Assembly: GCA_045597205.1 (NCBI GenBank)
Contig: JAZODT010000073.1
Location: 1 to 49,459, forward strand
DNA from: Clostridia bacterium
GTDB lineage: Bacteria; Bacillota; Clostridia; UBA1381; UBA9506
Length of the DNA stretch: 49,459 nucleotides
Reading direction: 5' to 3'
Shown here: piece by piece, positions 1 through 12,643 of the stretch
Layout: each line of letters begins with the position of its first letter
Position numbering within the stretch: position 1 is the stretch's first letter
Position numbers and translations under genes: made by a program
The notes under the pieces: model-generated
The model's input: only the letters and a program-made list of their open reading frames with translations
Told to the model about the DNA's origin: nothing
Database searches by the model: none

Positions 1-1
1 T

Positions 2-1567
2 GAATATTTTGTACATGGTGCTCTTTGTATTTCCTATTCCGGTCAATGTTTAATGAGCAGCATTTTAGGCGGTCGCAGCGGTAACCGTGGGGGTTGTGCC
101 CAACCCTGCCGTTTGCCCTATACGTTGTTAAAAGATGGTAAACCGGTTACAGAAACTTTGCCACTTTTGTGCCCTAAAGATTTGTGCCTGGCAGATAGGG
201 TGAAAGAACTCAAGGCATTGGGTGTGGCTTCACTAAAAATTGAGGGACGCATGAAAAGCCCTGAATATGTGGCGATGGTTACACAGATATATAAACAGGC
301 CACTCTTGGTGAGGTGTCAGAACAAGATGTTAAGAGTATGCTAAAATTTTTCTCACGGGGTGGCTCCTGCCATGGATATTTTGATGGGTGTACTTATGGA
401 AAGATGATGGATACGGCGGGGGGTAACAAAATTGCCGGCACATTGCCTAAATTGGAAGGACAAAAAAAAGTCCAGCCCTTACAACTTGCATTTATGGCAA
501 AGGTTGGTGCGCCTTTAAAACTTTCAGCACAATTACAAAATGGCACAGGCGTTTCGGTTTGTGGTGAATTGTGTCAGCAGGCTCATACCCGCCCCACAGA
601 AAAAAACCGGATAGAAGAACAACTTGCCAAATTAGGCGGCACATCCTTTTATGCTGAACGTGTTGTGGTGGAATCTGATTCTGATGCTATGGTGCCCATT
701 AAAGACATAAACGCCCTGCGGCGTCAAGCGGTGGAACAACTGGAACACAAGATAACAGAAAGCTTTCGCCGCCAGATAAAAACGGCAAAATTAACTAAAG
801 CGTGTGTCAATCCAAGACAAAGCGTAATCCCGGGATTGTGTGCAGAGGTGTTGACAGAAGAACAATTGCAGGCAGCGAAAGATATGGGCATTGAACGCAT
901 TTACCTTGCCGGCAACTTGCTTAAAAAGGCAGAAAAAGTAAAGGAAGCAGTATGGTTATTGCCACCCTTTACCAAAGAACTAGGCCCGTTTTCAGAACTT
1001 GAAAAAGAGTCGGTTTGCATTCAAAATATTGGTCAGTTGACAAAAATGGCGGGCAGAGAAATTACAGCCGGACAACGGTTGAATATTACAAATAGCCAAA
1101 GCATTGCATGGCTTGAAGAACGTGGTGTTCGTCGGTTTGTATTGTCACCGGAATTGAATTTAAAAGGCTTAGAGACTTTGCTTGCCGAAACAGAGGCCTG
1201 CACAGAAGTGATCGGTTACGGTCGATTACCGTTAATGCTTTTAGAAAACTGCGTTATTAAAAGTGCTTATGGATGTGTGTGTGACCAGGGTAATTTTGCT
1301 TTATTAGACAGAAAAAATGAAATGTTTCCCATTTTGCCAAGACATTGCGGCAATGTGATTTATAATTCCAAGCCGGTTTATATGGCGGATAGGATAGCTG
1401 ATCTCAAAAAATTAAAAATTAGTGATATTAGATTGTGTTTCACCCTTGAAAATTATGAAACTTGTTGTATAATAATAAGGGAATATCAAGAGGCTTTGAA
1501 AGGAAATCTTCCGAAGCCGCCTGCGGGTGGTTTTACCCGGGGGCATTATTACCGTGGCATGCAATAA
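2..1567 (+). CDS. U32 family peptidase (collagenase-like), 5' end cut by window edge
   Basis: The frame is open from nt 2 (EYFVHGALCISYSGQCLMSS precedes the listed ATG at 53). This is the U32 signature E-x-F-x2-G-A-L-C-x4-G-x-C, followed by GGRSGNRGGCAQPCR. Confidence 0.85.
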   Translation, partial: EYFVHGALCISYSGQCLMSSILGGRSGNRGGCAQPCRLPYTLLKDGKPVTETLPLLCPKDLCLADRVKELKALGVASLKIEGRMKSPEYVAMVTQIYKQATLGEVSEQDVKSMLKFFSRGGSCHGYFDGCTYGKMMDTAGGNKIAGTLPKLEGQKKVQPLQLAFMAKVGAPLKLSAQLQNGTGVSVCGELCQQAHTRPTEKNRIEEQLAKLGGTSFYAERVVVESDSDAMVPIKDINALRRQAVEQLEHKITESFRRQIKTAKLTKACVNPRQSVIPGLCAEVLTEEQLQAAKDMGIERIYLAGNLLKKAEKVKEAVWLLPPFTKELGPFSELEKESVCIQNIGQLTKMAGREITAGQRLNITNSQSIAWLEERGVRRFVLSPELNLKGLETLLAETEACTEVIGYGRLPLMLLENCVIKSAYGCVCDQGNFALLDRKNEMFPILPRHCGNVIYNSKPVYMADRIADLKKLKISDIRLCFTLENYETCCIIIREYQEALKGNLPKPPAGGFTRGHYYRGMQ

Positions 1568-1617
1568 ACAGGAGGGAAAGCTGTGAATCCTGTGGTGGAT
1601 TGTAACAGCCTTGTGGC

Positions 1618-1989
1618 ATGATGACGAAATGGGATAAAGTGATTTTTATAATACTTATCATCGCCTCGCTGGCCGGCTTGTTGCTGCAAGGCAGTTTCTT
1701 TGCAGAAAGACAAGGCTTGCAAGCAGTGGTGGAAGTTGACGGTGCGTTATACGGTCGATATTCTTTAGAAGAAAAAAATGGCAAGACTCTTGCAATCACA
1801 ACAGAATTTGGTTATAATAAAATAGTAATTGAAAATGGTTGTGTTCGGGTGACAGAATCAACCTGTCCCGATCAATTAGAAATTCTGACAGGTGAAATTC
1901 GAAAGAGTGGCGAAATGCTGGTTTGTTTACCCAATCGTCTGGTTGTTCGGATTGAGGGCGAAGGGAGCGTTGATGGTGTCGTTTATTAA
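1618..1989 (+). CDS. NusG domain II-containing small membrane-anchored protein (DUF1312-like)
   Basis: 123 aa with an N-terminal TM helix followed by a beta-rich domain (VEVDG..Y..L..N....I...G.N.I.IENG.V.V....CPDQ.C). It is typically paired with the downstream Gx transporter. Confidence 0.55.
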   Translation: MMTKWDKVIFIILIIASLAGLLLQGSFFAERQGLQAVVEVDGALYGRYSLEEKNGKTLAITTEFGYNKIVIENGCVRVTESTCPDQLEILTGEIRKSGEMLVCLPNRLVVRIEGEGSVDGVVY

Positions 1990-2482
1990 AAAAACGGGAG
2001 CAAAACGAATTGCTTTTGCCGGCATTTTGGTTTCCATTGGGTTGGTTTTGCATTACCTAGAAAGTCTAATGCCTATTTTTCAAATTATCCCGAGTGGCAA
2101 ATTGGGTCTTGCTAACATTGTTACGCTGTTGGCCTTTGCCTGGTTTGGACCCGGTTTTGCCTTGTTGGTGGGGATACTTCGTTGTGTGTTGAGTAGCCTT
2201 TTTTCAGGGGCAGTTACCATGATTTTATATAGCGGTGCAGGAACTGTTTTAAGTGTACTTTTTATGGCAGGTGCTAAAAAAATAGTCCCTCATGCTATCA
2301 GCGCGGTGGGGCGGAGCATGTTAGGTGCTTTTGCTTTTAACGTGGGTCAGGTTTTGGTTTGCGCCTTGGTGCTGGAAAATATATATGTATTTTCTTATCT
2401 GCCGCCACTTACTGTTTTGGCGGCTGTTTGTGGATTGCTTACAGGCATAGCAGCCAAACGAACAGAAAAGATTTTATATTGA
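1973..2482 (+). CDS. Gx transporter family / heptaprenyl diphosphate synthase component I-like membrane protein
   Basis: Polytopic hydrophobic ORF. The internal ATG at 1973 (MVSFIKKTGAKRIAFAGILV) overlaps the stop of the upstream gene and is a more plausible start than 1892. Confidence 0.55.
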   Translation: MVSFIKKTGAKRIAFAGILVSIGLVLHYLESLMPIFQIIPSGKLGLANIVTLLAFAWFGPGFALLVGILRCVLSSLFSGAVTMILYSGAGTVLSVLFMAGAKKIVPHAISAVGRSMLGAFAFNVGQVLVCALVLENIYVFSYLPPLTVLAAVCGLLTGIAAKRTEKILY

Positions 2483-2495
2483 TTAGGAGTTTATC

Positions 2496-3119
2496 ATGAA
2501 TCAGGCAAGAATTAAATTGCCGCCCTCTGTGCATATTGTGCTGGCTTCCGGTTCGCCCAGAAGGCGGGAACTGTTAGAACAGATTGGTTTGCCATTTTCG
2601 GTGGTGCCTTCTTGTGCAGATGAAACCATTCCGCCGGGTTTAACACCTCATTTGGCGGTGCAAAGTCTTTCTTTGTTAAAAGCAGCCGATGTAGCAAAAA
2701 AACAACAAGATGATGCACTGATTATTGGTGCTGATACCATTGTGGTATTAGAAGATGAAATCCTAACAAAGCCGCAGGATGCACAAGATGCAGCCAACAT
2801 GTTAAGGCGCTTATCCGGCAAGCGGCACAGTGTGCTCACAGGCCTAACGGTATTTCGCAGAAAAGATGGTAAAAGTGTGAGTGTAACCGAAGAAACAGCG
2901 GTTTATTTTAAAGAATTAACAGAGCAAGAAATCGCTTCTTATATCAATTCTAAAGAACCCTTAGACAAAGCCGGCGCTTACGGCATTCAGGGTTTGGGCG
3001 GTTTGTGGATTGATAAAATTGATGGCGATTATTATAATGTGGTGGGTTTGCCACTTTCAAGATTGGGCAAGCTACTACATGAAGAATTTGAAATTGAATT
3101 AATTTGGGAGGTTGTATAA
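2496..3119 (+). CDS. maf: Maf family nucleoside triphosphate pyrophosphatase (septum formation protein)
   Basis: LASGSPRRRELL motif, GADT, KAGAYGIQG. It sits immediately upstream of mreBCD, as in many Firmicutes. Confidence 0.9.
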   Translation: MNQARIKLPPSVHIVLASGSPRRRELLEQIGLPFSVVPSCADETIPPGLTPHLAVQSLSLLKAADVAKKQQDDALIIGADTIVVLEDEILTKPQDAQDAANMLRRLSGKRHSVLTGLTVFRRKDGKSVSVTEETAVYFKELTEQEIASYINSKEPLDKAGAYGIQGLGGLWIDKIDGDYYNVVGLPLSRLGKLLHEEFEIELIWEVV

Positions 3120-4142
3120 ATGTCATTAGCAAAGGATATTGGTATTGATTTAGGAACAGCAAACACTTTGGTTTATTTAAAGGGTAAGGGAATTATTCTC
3201 CGCGAACCCTCAGTTGTGGCTGTGAACAAAAGTGAAGGTAAAATTTTAAAGGTGGGTAATGAAGCAAAAGAAATGATTGGCCGTACCCCCGGTAATGTGG
3301 TGGCTATTCGTCCTTTGAAAGACGGTGTAATTGCTGATTTTGCCAGCACACAGGCTATGCTTAAATATTTTATTAAAAAAGCATACCCATCTTCTTTCTT
3401 TAAACCCACGGTTGTGGTTTGTATTCCTTTTGGGGTAACTGAAGTTGAGCGTCGCGCTGTAGAAGAATCGGTTTTATCTGCCGGCGGTAAAAACGCTTAT
3501 CTGATTGAAGAACCTATGGCGGCAGCCATCGGTGCCGGCTTGCCGGTATCTGAACCCACCGGCAGTATGGTTGTTGATATTGGTGGTGGCACTACCGAAG
3601 TGGCCGTTATCTCTTACGGTGGTATTGTTGCCAGCCAGTCTTTACGCATTGCCGGTGATGAACTGGATGACGACATTGTGGATTATATTAAAAAAGAATA
3701 TAATTTGATGATTGGTGAGCGCACTGCAGAAGAAATTAAATTTGGTATTGGGTCTGCTTATGAATATGAAAACGAGGGCACCATTGAAGTAAAAGGTCGT
3801 GACTTGATTTCTGGTCTGCCCAGAACCGTAGCTTTAACCAGCCGTGAAATCCGCGGTGCCTTATCCGAATCTATTTTTGCCATTGTGGATGCGATTAAAA
3901 ACACGCTGGAAAAAACACCGCCGGAATTGGCGGCTGACGTTATGAACCGCGGTATTACTTTAACTGGTGGCGGTGCACTGATTCGCGGTTTGGATGTTTT
4001 AATTGCCGAAGAAACGGGCATTCCCGTATATGTGGCAGACAACGCATTGGATTGCGTGGCATTGGGTACAGGCCTGGCGCTTTCTGCTTTAGAAAAAGCA
4101 GGTCAAGGCATTTTAAGTAATCGTGGCAGACGCTGGAGATAA
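3120..4142 (+). CDS. mreB: Rod shape-determining protein MreB
   Basis: Actin-fold motifs [20 protein letters not shown] and [14 protein letters not shown]; 340 aa. Confidence 0.95.
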   Translation: MSLAKDIGIDLGTANTLVYLKGKGIILREPSVVAVNKSEGKILKVGNEAKEMIGRTPGNVVAIRPLKDGVIADFASTQAMLKYFIKKAYPSSFFKPTVVVCIPFGVTEVERRAVEESVLSAGGKNAYLIEEPMAAAIGAGLPVSEPTGSMVVDIGGGTTEVAVISYGGIVASQSLRIAGDELDDDIVDYIKKEYNLMIGERTAEEIKFGIGSAYEYENEGTIEVKGRDLISGLPRTVALTSREIRGALSESIFAIVDAIKNTLEKTPPELAADVMNRGITLTGGGALIRGLDVLIAEETGIPVYVADNALDCVALGTGLALSALEKAGQGILSNRGRRWR

Positions 4143-4174
4143 ATTAAAGTAAAAAAATATAGGGAGGGGAGAGC

Positions 4175-4999
4175 ATGGAACGAAAAGGTAAATTGCGTAT
4201 TGTCGTTTTAATTATTACCATTGTGATTTTTGTTTTGATGGGCATTTCTTTTGCCGTGCAAGGCTCTTCTCCCTCAGGCAGTATTTTGGGAACAGTACTG
4301 AGTCCGGTGCAACAGTTGTTTTCTCGTATGGGGAACAGTGTGGGCGGATTTTTTGGTTTTATCGGTGATATGAAAGATTTTCAGCAGGAAAATCTGGAAC
4401 TGAAAGAGCAGGTGGATGCTTTATCACAACAGGTGCGCGAACTAGAAGACTATAAAGATGAAAATGAACGCTTGCGCCAGCTTCTTGCCTTAAAAACCAA
4501 CACGCAAGATATGGATATGGTGGGGTGTGAGATTATTGCTAAAGATCCGGGCAACTGGTTTCATACCTTCACAGTAGATAAAGGCAGTCATGATGGCATT
4601 CAAGTTGATGATTCTGTTGTTTCTGGTCAAGGCCTTGTGGGCAAGGTTACAGAGGTTGGGCCTAACTGGGCAAAGGTACTGACAATTATTGACAGTAATA
4701 GTTCTGTTGGCGCTATGATTAGCCGCACGCAGGATTTTGCTATTATCGATGGCGAACTTTCTTTAGCAGACAAGGGCCAATGCAAACTGAATTACATTAC
4801 TCAGGATTCCAGCCTTGTGGTGGTGGGAGATGCAGTTGTAACGTCTGGCTTGGGTGGTGTATATCCCGCAGGCCTTTTAATTGGTACCGTTTCTGAAATT
4901 AAAAGTGATGCTTTGGGTTATTCTCAATATGCCATTATCGATACTTCTGTTGACTTTGAAAGGATCCGGGAAGTTATGATCATCCGGAAAAATGGATAA
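4175..4999 (+). CDS. mreC: Rod shape-determining protein MreC
   Basis: N-terminal TM helix, coiled coil (ENLELKEQVDALSQQVRELEDYKDENERLRQLL) and a beta-barrel region with GLVGKV; lies between mreB and mreD. Confidence 0.85.
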   Translation: MERKGKLRIVVLIITIVIFVLMGISFAVQGSSPSGSILGTVLSPVQQLFSRMGNSVGGFFGFIGDMKDFQQENLELKEQVDALSQQVRELEDYKDENERLRQLLALKTNTQDMDMVGCEIIAKDPGNWFHTFTVDKGSHDGIQVDDSVVSGQGLVGKVTEVGPNWAKVLTIIDSNSSVGAMISRTQDFAIIDGELSLADKGQCKLNYITQDSSLVVVGDAVVTSGLGGVYPAGLLIGTVSEIKSDALGYSQYAIIDTSVDFERIREVMIIRKNG

Positions 5000-5522
5000 A
5001 ATGATGAATCAGTTTAAACAAACCAGACCGGTACTTACCTGGCTGTTTACAGCCATTTTAATCGTGTTAACCGCAACACTTCAAACTACGGTTATTCGTG
5101 GTCTTGAAGTGTTTCGTGTCATCCCCAATCTTTTGTTTATTGTTGTGGTTTCTTATGGCATTTTGCATGATGATTACAGTTCATTAATTGTGGGTGCTGT
5201 TTGTGGCTTAATTTTAGATGTGCTTGGTGGCCGGGTGGTGGGCATTAATACATTACTTTGTACTTATGTGGCATATTTATGCTTATTAATTAGTGATAAT
5301 TTGTTTAACAACAATGCCTTTGTTGCTATGGTTTTTGTTCTTCTTTTATCTATTCCTTATGAGGTATTAACCTATTTGTTTTACTTTGTTATTTGGGGCA
5401 AAGGTTCTTTGTGGTATGCTGTTTTTCACAAAATTTTACCCATCACCATTTATAATTTTCTTTTTACATTGCTCCTTTATCCCATTGTTAAAAAAGTCAC
5501 GGGGCAAACAGAAGTGTACTAG
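4992..5522 (+). CDS. mreD: Rod shape-determining protein MreD
   Basis: 176-aa polytopic membrane protein that overlaps the mreC stop; call is by conserved operon position. Confidence 0.7.
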   Translation: MDKMMNQFKQTRPVLTWLFTAILIVLTATLQTTVIRGLEVFRVIPNLLFIVVVSYGILHDDYSSLIVGAVCGLILDVLGGRVVGINTLLCTYVAYLCLLISDNLFNNNAFVAMVFVLLLSIPYEVLTYLFYFVIWGKGSLWYAVFHKILPITIYNFLFTLLLYPIVKKVTGQTEVY

Positions 5523-5584
5523 TAACGATTACTGTAATGGCAACGTTTTTACGCTGTTTTTTGTATCCTAAAGGGGGTCAGAAC

Positions 5585-7645
5585 ATGGAAAACCAACAAT
5601 TGAAAAAACGATGCACCATTCTCTATGTTCTGGTCGTATTGTTAGCCTTAGTTGCTGTGGGGCGGCTATTTTATTTGCAGATTATTGAAGGTGCGAACTA
5701 TCGGGCTATTTCGGATAGTCGTTTGGCAAGAAACATTCCTATCAAGGCTCCCCGCGGAGAAATATTAGACCGCTATGGTCGCGCTTTGGTAACCAATCGT
5801 GAGGGTTATACGGTTGCAATTGCGAAAATTAACGATGATAAACAAGCACTCAACCAAGTGATTTTAAATATGGCCAACCTTTTTTTAGAAAAAGGATTGG
5901 CCTATGAGGATTCTTTGCCCATCAGTAAAGAAGCGCCTTTTTCTTTTCAGTTTACAGGCAATGATGAAGAAGCACAGTTAAAAGCAAAGCAAACCTTTTT
6001 ATCTGATAAAAAATATCCGGCGGATATTACACCAGAGGGTGTTCTTCAAAAATATAAACAAAAATATGCCATGAGTGATGAATATTCCCTTGAAGAATTA
6101 CGTATGATCGCCGGTGTTCGTTATGAGATGGAAAAACGTAATTTTTCTTCTAACAATGCCTATGTTTTTGCACAGGATGTGGATATTGAAACCATTACCA
6201 CCATTAAAGAAAAACGGGAACAGTTTTTTTGTGTAACGGTGTATAGCGAACCGATTCGTCAGTATGCGGGCGGTTCTTTGGCGGCACACATTTTGGGTCG
6301 TGTAGGTATCATTAATCCCGAAGAGTATGCTGAGCTGAAAGACGAAAACTATGGCATGAATGATTATTTGGGCAAAGAAGGGGCCGAAAAGGCTTTTGAA
6401 AAATATTTAAAAGGAACAGATGGAACCAACAGTATTGAGAGAAAAATCCGTGAAGGCGAAACCGAGGTTGTTTATTCCCGTGACCCTGTACCGGGTAATT
6501 CTGTTATGCTTACCATTGATATGGACCTGCAATGGACAGCAGAAAAATCTTTACAGGATAACATTCAGCGAATTGCGGCCAATAGTGCCTATGGCAGTGG
6601 TCATGATGCCTGTGCCGGTGCAGCCGTTGCAGTAGATTTAAACACCGGTGAGGTGCTGGCGATTGCATCTTATCCTACTTATGATCCTGAGCGGTTCTAT
6701 GAAGATTATAATTCTCTTTTAAATAATCCCAACCGGCCAATGTTTAACCGAGCTTTAAACGGAATTTATGAACCTGGTTCAACCTTTAAATTGTGTACGG
6801 CGTTGGCGGCGCTTGAGACAGGTGTTGTTACACCGGCAGAACAAATGAAAACCACAGGCGTTTATAATTATTTAGGCCATGACTTTATGTGCCATATCTA
6901 TCGCAGTAGCGGTGGTAACCATGGCACCATTAACATTTCACAGGCCATTCAGTATTCTTGTAACCATTTCTTTTATGAAATGGGACGACGAACCGGCATT
7001 GAAACCATTGATGAATATGCAGCCAAGTTGGGCTTGGGAGAATATACCGGTATAGAACTGGCTGGTGAGGAAAAAGGGCAAATTGCCGGGCCGGAACTGC
7101 GTGAAAAAACCGGTCGTGAGTGGTATCCCGGTGACGTACTACAGGCGGCCATTGGTCAGTCGGACAATTTATTTACTCCCTTGCAAATGGCAAATTATGT
7201 TGCAACCCTTGCCAATGGCGGCACAAATTATGAATTGCATTTGCTCAAGGCAGTTAAATCGAATACAGATAATACAATTATTTATGAAAATGAACCCAAA
7301 GTTAAAAATACAATTTCGGTTAAAGAAGAAAATATAAAAGCTGTTTTAGCCGGCATGCAATTGGCAACGTCAGAAGGTACGGCCAGTGCGGCATTTGCCG
7401 ATTTTCCTTTTAAAACGGGAGGTAAAACCGGCAGCGCACAAGTGTCTCGTGGCTCCAGTAACGGCATTTATGTTGGCTATGCTCCTTATGATAATCCTCA
7501 GATTGCTGTGGCAGTGGTGATAGAACACGGCGGCGGTGGCGGCAATGCTTCTTATATAGCCAGAGATATTTTTTGGGAGTATTTCTTTGGTGGGACAGGC
7601 ACAGAGAAGGCATCGATCACGCCGGAGAATACATGGCTGCCCTAA
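5585..7645 (+). CDS. mrdA: Penicillin-binding protein 2 (elongation transpeptidase)
   Basis: TM anchor, RGEILDRYGR dimerisation region, and transpeptidase motifs STFK, SCN (SxN) and KTGS. ATG 5585 has the RBS AAAGGGGG and is preferred over 5537. Confidence 0.9.
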   Translation: MENQQLKKRCTILYVLVVLLALVAVGRLFYLQIIEGANYRAISDSRLARNIPIKAPRGEILDRYGRALVTNREGYTVAIAKINDDKQALNQVILNMANLFLEKGLAYEDSLPISKEAPFSFQFTGNDEEAQLKAKQTFLSDKKYPADITPEGVLQKYKQKYAMSDEYSLEELRMIAGVRYEMEKRNFSSNNAYVFAQDVDIETITTIKEKREQFFCVTVYSEPIRQYAGGSLAAHILGRVGIINPEEYAELKDENYGMNDYLGKEGAEKAFEKYLKGTDGTNSIERKIREGETEVVYSRDPVPGNSVMLTIDMDLQWTAEKSLQDNIQRIAANSAYGSGHDACAGAAVAVDLNTGEVLAIASYPTYDPERFYEDYNSLLNNPNRPMFNRALNGIYEPGSTFKLCTALAALETGVVTPAEQMKTTGVYNYLGHDFMCHIYRSSGGNHGTINISQAIQYSCNHFFYEMGRRTGIETIDEYAAKLGLGEYTGIELAGEEKGQIAGPELREKTGREWYPGDVLQAAIGQSDNLFTPLQMANYVATLANGGTNYELHLLKAVKSNTDNTIIYENEPKVKNTISVKEENIKAVLAGMQLATSEGTASAAFADFPFKTGGKTGSAQVSRGSSNGIYVGYAPYDNPQIAVAVVIEHGGGGGNASYIARDIFWEYFFGGTGTEKASITPENTWLP

Positions 7646-7679
7646 CTAAAAGAGTAACAAGGTTTATATATGATTCAAT

Positions 7680-7717
7680 GACTGTAATGGTATATATGTT
7701 CATTACAGTCGTTTTTA
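7680..7717 (+). terminator. Intrinsic terminator after the mre/mrdA operon
   Basis: Perfect 10-bp stem GACTGTAATG/CATTACAGTC (7680-7689 / 7701-7710) followed by GTTTTTA. Confidence 0.7.
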
Positions 7718-7849
7718 TATGTATTTTATGTGAATTTTTTATAAAAATATATAGACAGAAGAAACAAAATATGGTACAATATACTTACTTTAAATATGAC
7801 AATAAATAACACAATATAAAACCTATGATGGGGGAAAGGAAAGCAAACA

Positions 7850-8254
7850 ATGAATATTGCACTGATTGCACATGATAAGAAAAAAGAGTTAATGGTTCAG
7901 TTTTGCATTGCTTATAAAGGCATTTTAGAAAAGCATACGCTGTGTGCTACAGGCACAACCGGTGGTTTGGTTCAAGAAGCAACCGGTCTTGATATTCATC
8001 GTTTTTTGTCCGGTCCTCAGGGAGGCGACCAGCAAATTGGCGCCCGCATTGCCTATAATGAAATTGATTTGGTGTTATTTTTCAGAGACCCGCTAACAGC
8101 ACAGCCTCATGAACCGGATGTTGCAGCGCTGTTCCGCCTTTGCGATGTACACAACGTGCCCTTAGCAACCAATGTGGCAACGGCAGAGGTTTTGGTACAC
8201 GGTTTAGACCGTGGTGACCTTGACTGGCGGGATATTGTCAATCCTAAATCTTAA
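7850..8254 (+). CDS. mgsA: Methylglyoxal synthase
   Basis: [16 protein letters not shown] and [10 protein letters not shown] motifs; 134 aa. Confidence 0.92.
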   Translation: MNIALIAHDKKKELMVQFCIAYKGILEKHTLCATGTTGGLVQEATGLDIHRFLSGPQGGDQQIGARIAYNEIDLVLFFRDPLTAQPHEPDVAALFRLCDVHNVPLATNVATAEVLVHGLDRGDLDWRDIVNPKS

Positions 8255-8269
8255 TGTAGGCTATTTTTT

Positions 8270-8302
8270 GCACTCTGTTGCCCCGCGGCAGAGTGCTTTT
8301 TT
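8270..8302 (+). terminator. Intrinsic terminator after mgsA
   Basis: GCACTCTG (8270-8277) pairs with CAGAGTGC (8289-8296), followed by T6. Confidence 0.7.
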
Positions 8303-8318
8303 AGATGTTAAACGATAA

Positions 8319-10311
<1,993 letters not shown>

Positions 10312-10313
<2 letters not shown>

Positions 10314-10357
10314 AAAAAAGGAGATGTAAAAAAACATTTTTTTACATCTCCTTTTTT
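10312..10357. terminator. Bidirectional terminator between convergent ligA and the 10367-11227 gene
   Basis: A-run, then the stem AGGAGATGTAAAAAAA/TTTTTTTACATCTCCT (10319-10352), then a T-run. Confidence 0.75.
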
Positions 10358-10366
10358 AAAAAAACG

Positions 10367-11227
10367 TTAAGAGAGTGCCTGCATAGAGGTCTTAACAGCC
10401 TCCGGTGACATATCGCACCGCAAACGATAAACCGGCAGACTTTCTATAATTTTTGCAATAATATCCAGATTTTTTTCGGCCAGTGCCGGAACAACAGGCT
10501 TTCTAATGGCCTCAAACAATTGCCAAACAGCATCTAAAGAATCCATAGGAGCAAGTGAACAAGCGGTATCCCGTTCTAAAAAAACAATGGCTTTTAACGG
10601 CACGCGCACGTTTTTGTGAATCGAATTCTTACCACTCCAGGGGGCGCCGTAAAGATAAGGAGCACCGTTTTCGATGCAGACAATGGGCATATCATCATTC
10701 ACAATGATAGTGCCGGGAACATATTTTGTCCACAAATCGGTGTGGGTGGATTTTCCTGTGCCGGAGGGGGCAGAAAACAACAACCCCTTATTGTCATAAG
10801 CCAAAGAGGAACCATGAATAATGGTGCCGTTGTGGAACAAAAAGGCATATCGTAACAATTCTTGCATTAAGTGGTAGGGACGCTGTTCTTCTATAAGTTG
10901 TAAAAGCCTGCCGGGACAAAGCCAAAGCTCTATATGCCGAAACGTTTCGTCAGCTTGCATCAAATTTATAATTTTATCGGAAAATTCTTCAATTTTATCT
11001 ACAAAGGCATAACCATTTTTGGTTTTATACCATCGGCGTTTATTAACTTCAGCAATCAGGTTACCCACCGGTTCTGGAATGTTTTCGCAATCGGTATGTA
11101 CTACAAAAGTAATATCCGGATTTTGTGTGGCATTTGTTTCGTAAAAAGCAAGATGATAGAGTCCTTCCGGATGGAAATAGTTTTCGGTTTGTACGGTTAG
11201 CCCGCCGAATTGATAAAATAAAGGCAT
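10367..11227 (-). CDS. HprK-related P-loop kinase-like protein
   Basis: LLFSAPSGTGKSTHTDLW resembles the P-loop of HPr kinase / HprK-related kinases; 286 aa. The family call is tentative. Confidence 0.45.
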   Translation of the reverse strand: MPLFYQFGGLTVQTENYFHPEGLYHLAFYETNATQNPDITFVVHTDCENIPEPVGNLIAEVNKRRWYKTKNGYAFVDKIEEFSDKIINLMQADETFRHIELWLCPGRLLQLIEEQRPYHLMQELLRYAFLFHNGTIIHGSSLAYDNKGLLFSAPSGTGKSTHTDLWTKYVPGTIIVNDDMPIVCIENGAPYLYGAPWSGKNSIHKNVRVPLKAIVFLERDTACSLAPMDSLDAVWQLFEAIRKPVVPALAEKNLDIIAKIIESLPVYRLRCDMSPEAVKTSMQALS

Positions 11228-11389
11228 ACAATCGCTCCAAACATTCTAATGATAACCATATTCTAACATGAAGAAAAATGATTGTCAATCATTTAATGGC
11301 TGTAATTTTATATAAGAGAGGTCTTGTTTTTGTAGCTGTTTTATGTTACAATAAATTGAATAGTGTATTAATTAAAAGGGGCGAGTGGA

Positions 11390-12610
11390 TTGACAAACGT
11401 ATTTGATACTTTAAAAGAGCGCGGTTTGATTGCGCAGACAACACATGAAGATGAAATTAGGGAGCTTTTAGGCAAAGAAAAAGTAACCTTTTATATTGGT
11501 TTTGACCCCACGGCAGATAGTCTGCACGTTGGCCACTTTTTGCAAATGGTGGTTATGCGTCATATGCAGGATGCCGGTCACAGACCCATTGCGTTGGTGG
11601 GTGGCGGTACCGGCATGGTGGGTGACCCCTCCGGCCGTACCGATATGCGCCAAATGATGACGGTGGAAACCATTAATTATAACTGCGAGCGTTTCAAAAA
11701 GCAGCTATCTTCTATTATCGATTTTTCTAATGGTAAGGCCATAATGGTGAACAATGCTGATTGGCTTCGCGAACTGAATTATATTGAATTTTTGAGAGAT
11801 ATTGGCTCCTGCTTCTCTGTAAATGAAATGCTAAGAGCAAAATGCTTCCAGACCCGTTTGGAAAAAGGTCTTTCCTTTATTGAATTTAATTATATGTTAA
11901 TGCAGAGCTACGATTTTCTGCAGCTTTATAAGCAATATGGTTGCCAGATGGAATTAGGCGGCGACGACCAGTGGAGTAACATCTTAGGCGGTATTGATTT
12001 GGTTCGCCGTAAGGAAAACAAGCAGGTTTATGGTATGACTTTTACGTTGCTCACCACCTCAGATGGTAAAAAAATGGGCAAAACCGCTAAGGGTGCCCTG
12101 TGGCTTGACCCTGAAAAGGTTTCCCCCTACGAGTTCTACCAGTATTGGAGAAATGTGGATGATGCTGATGTTTTACGTTTGATGAAAATGGTTACCTTTG
12201 TGCCCATGGAAGAAATTCGCGAAATGGAAAAGTGGGAAGGGGCAGAGTTGAATAAAGCAAAAGTACGCCTTGCTTATGAAATTACGAAATTAGTGCACGG
12301 TGAAGAAGAAGCAACTAAAGCCAAAGCAACAGCAGAAGGTATTTTTGGAGGCGGTGCCGGCGGCGAAATGCCCACCACAGAGCTTGCTCTTTCAGAACTT
12401 TCTGATGAAATGGGATTGTTGGATATTATGCTTGCATCTAAGCTCATCCCTTCTAAGGGCGAAGGTCGTCGTTTGATTCAGCAGGGCGGTGTATCGGTGG
12501 ATGATGAAAAAGTGGCAGACCCCAACCTGATGATCGGCAAGGATAAGCTAACTGCAGGCATTGTTATTAAAAAAGGTAAAAAAGTATATCATAAAGTCAT
12601 CGCAAAATAA
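11390..12610 (+). CDS. tyrS: Tyrosine--tRNA ligase
   Basis: HVGH (HIGH) and KMGKT (KMSKS) motifs and a C-terminal S4-like domain; TTG start. Confidence 0.95.
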   Translation: MTNVFDTLKERGLIAQTTHEDEIRELLGKEKVTFYIGFDPTADSLHVGHFLQMVVMRHMQDAGHRPIALVGGGTGMVGDPSGRTDMRQMMTVETINYNCERFKKQLSSIIDFSNGKAIMVNNADWLRELNYIEFLRDIGSCFSVNEMLRAKCFQTRLEKGLSFIEFNYMLMQSYDFLQLYKQYGCQMELGGDDQWSNILGGIDLVRRKENKQVYGMTFTLLTTSDGKKMGKTAKGALWLDPEKVSPYEFYQYWRNVDDADVLRLMKMVTFVPMEEIREMEKWEGAELNKAKVRLAYEITKLVHGEEEATKAKATAEGIFGGGAGGEMPTTELALSELSDEMGLLDIMLASKLIPSKGEGRRLIQQGGVSVDDEKVADPNLMIGKDKLTAGIVIKKGKKVYHKVIAK

Positions 12611-12643
12611 TCGTTATAGATATGAAGGCAAAGGAGTGATCAG

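Noticed and set aside
7573-7809. 78-aa ORF between mrdA and mgsA
   Set aside because: The region is better explained by the operon terminator (7680-7717) and an extended -10 (TGgTACAAT near 7770) for mgsA. The ORF overlaps the mrdA 3' end and has no RBS.
11228-11389. Possible T-box leader upstream of tyrS, and a SAM riboswitch upstream of metA
   Set aside because: The tyrS leader is only ~160 nt and lacks the T-box consensus and the specifier/antiterminator architecture. The metA gap is 33 nt. Only a promoter-like TGTTACAAT was seen.
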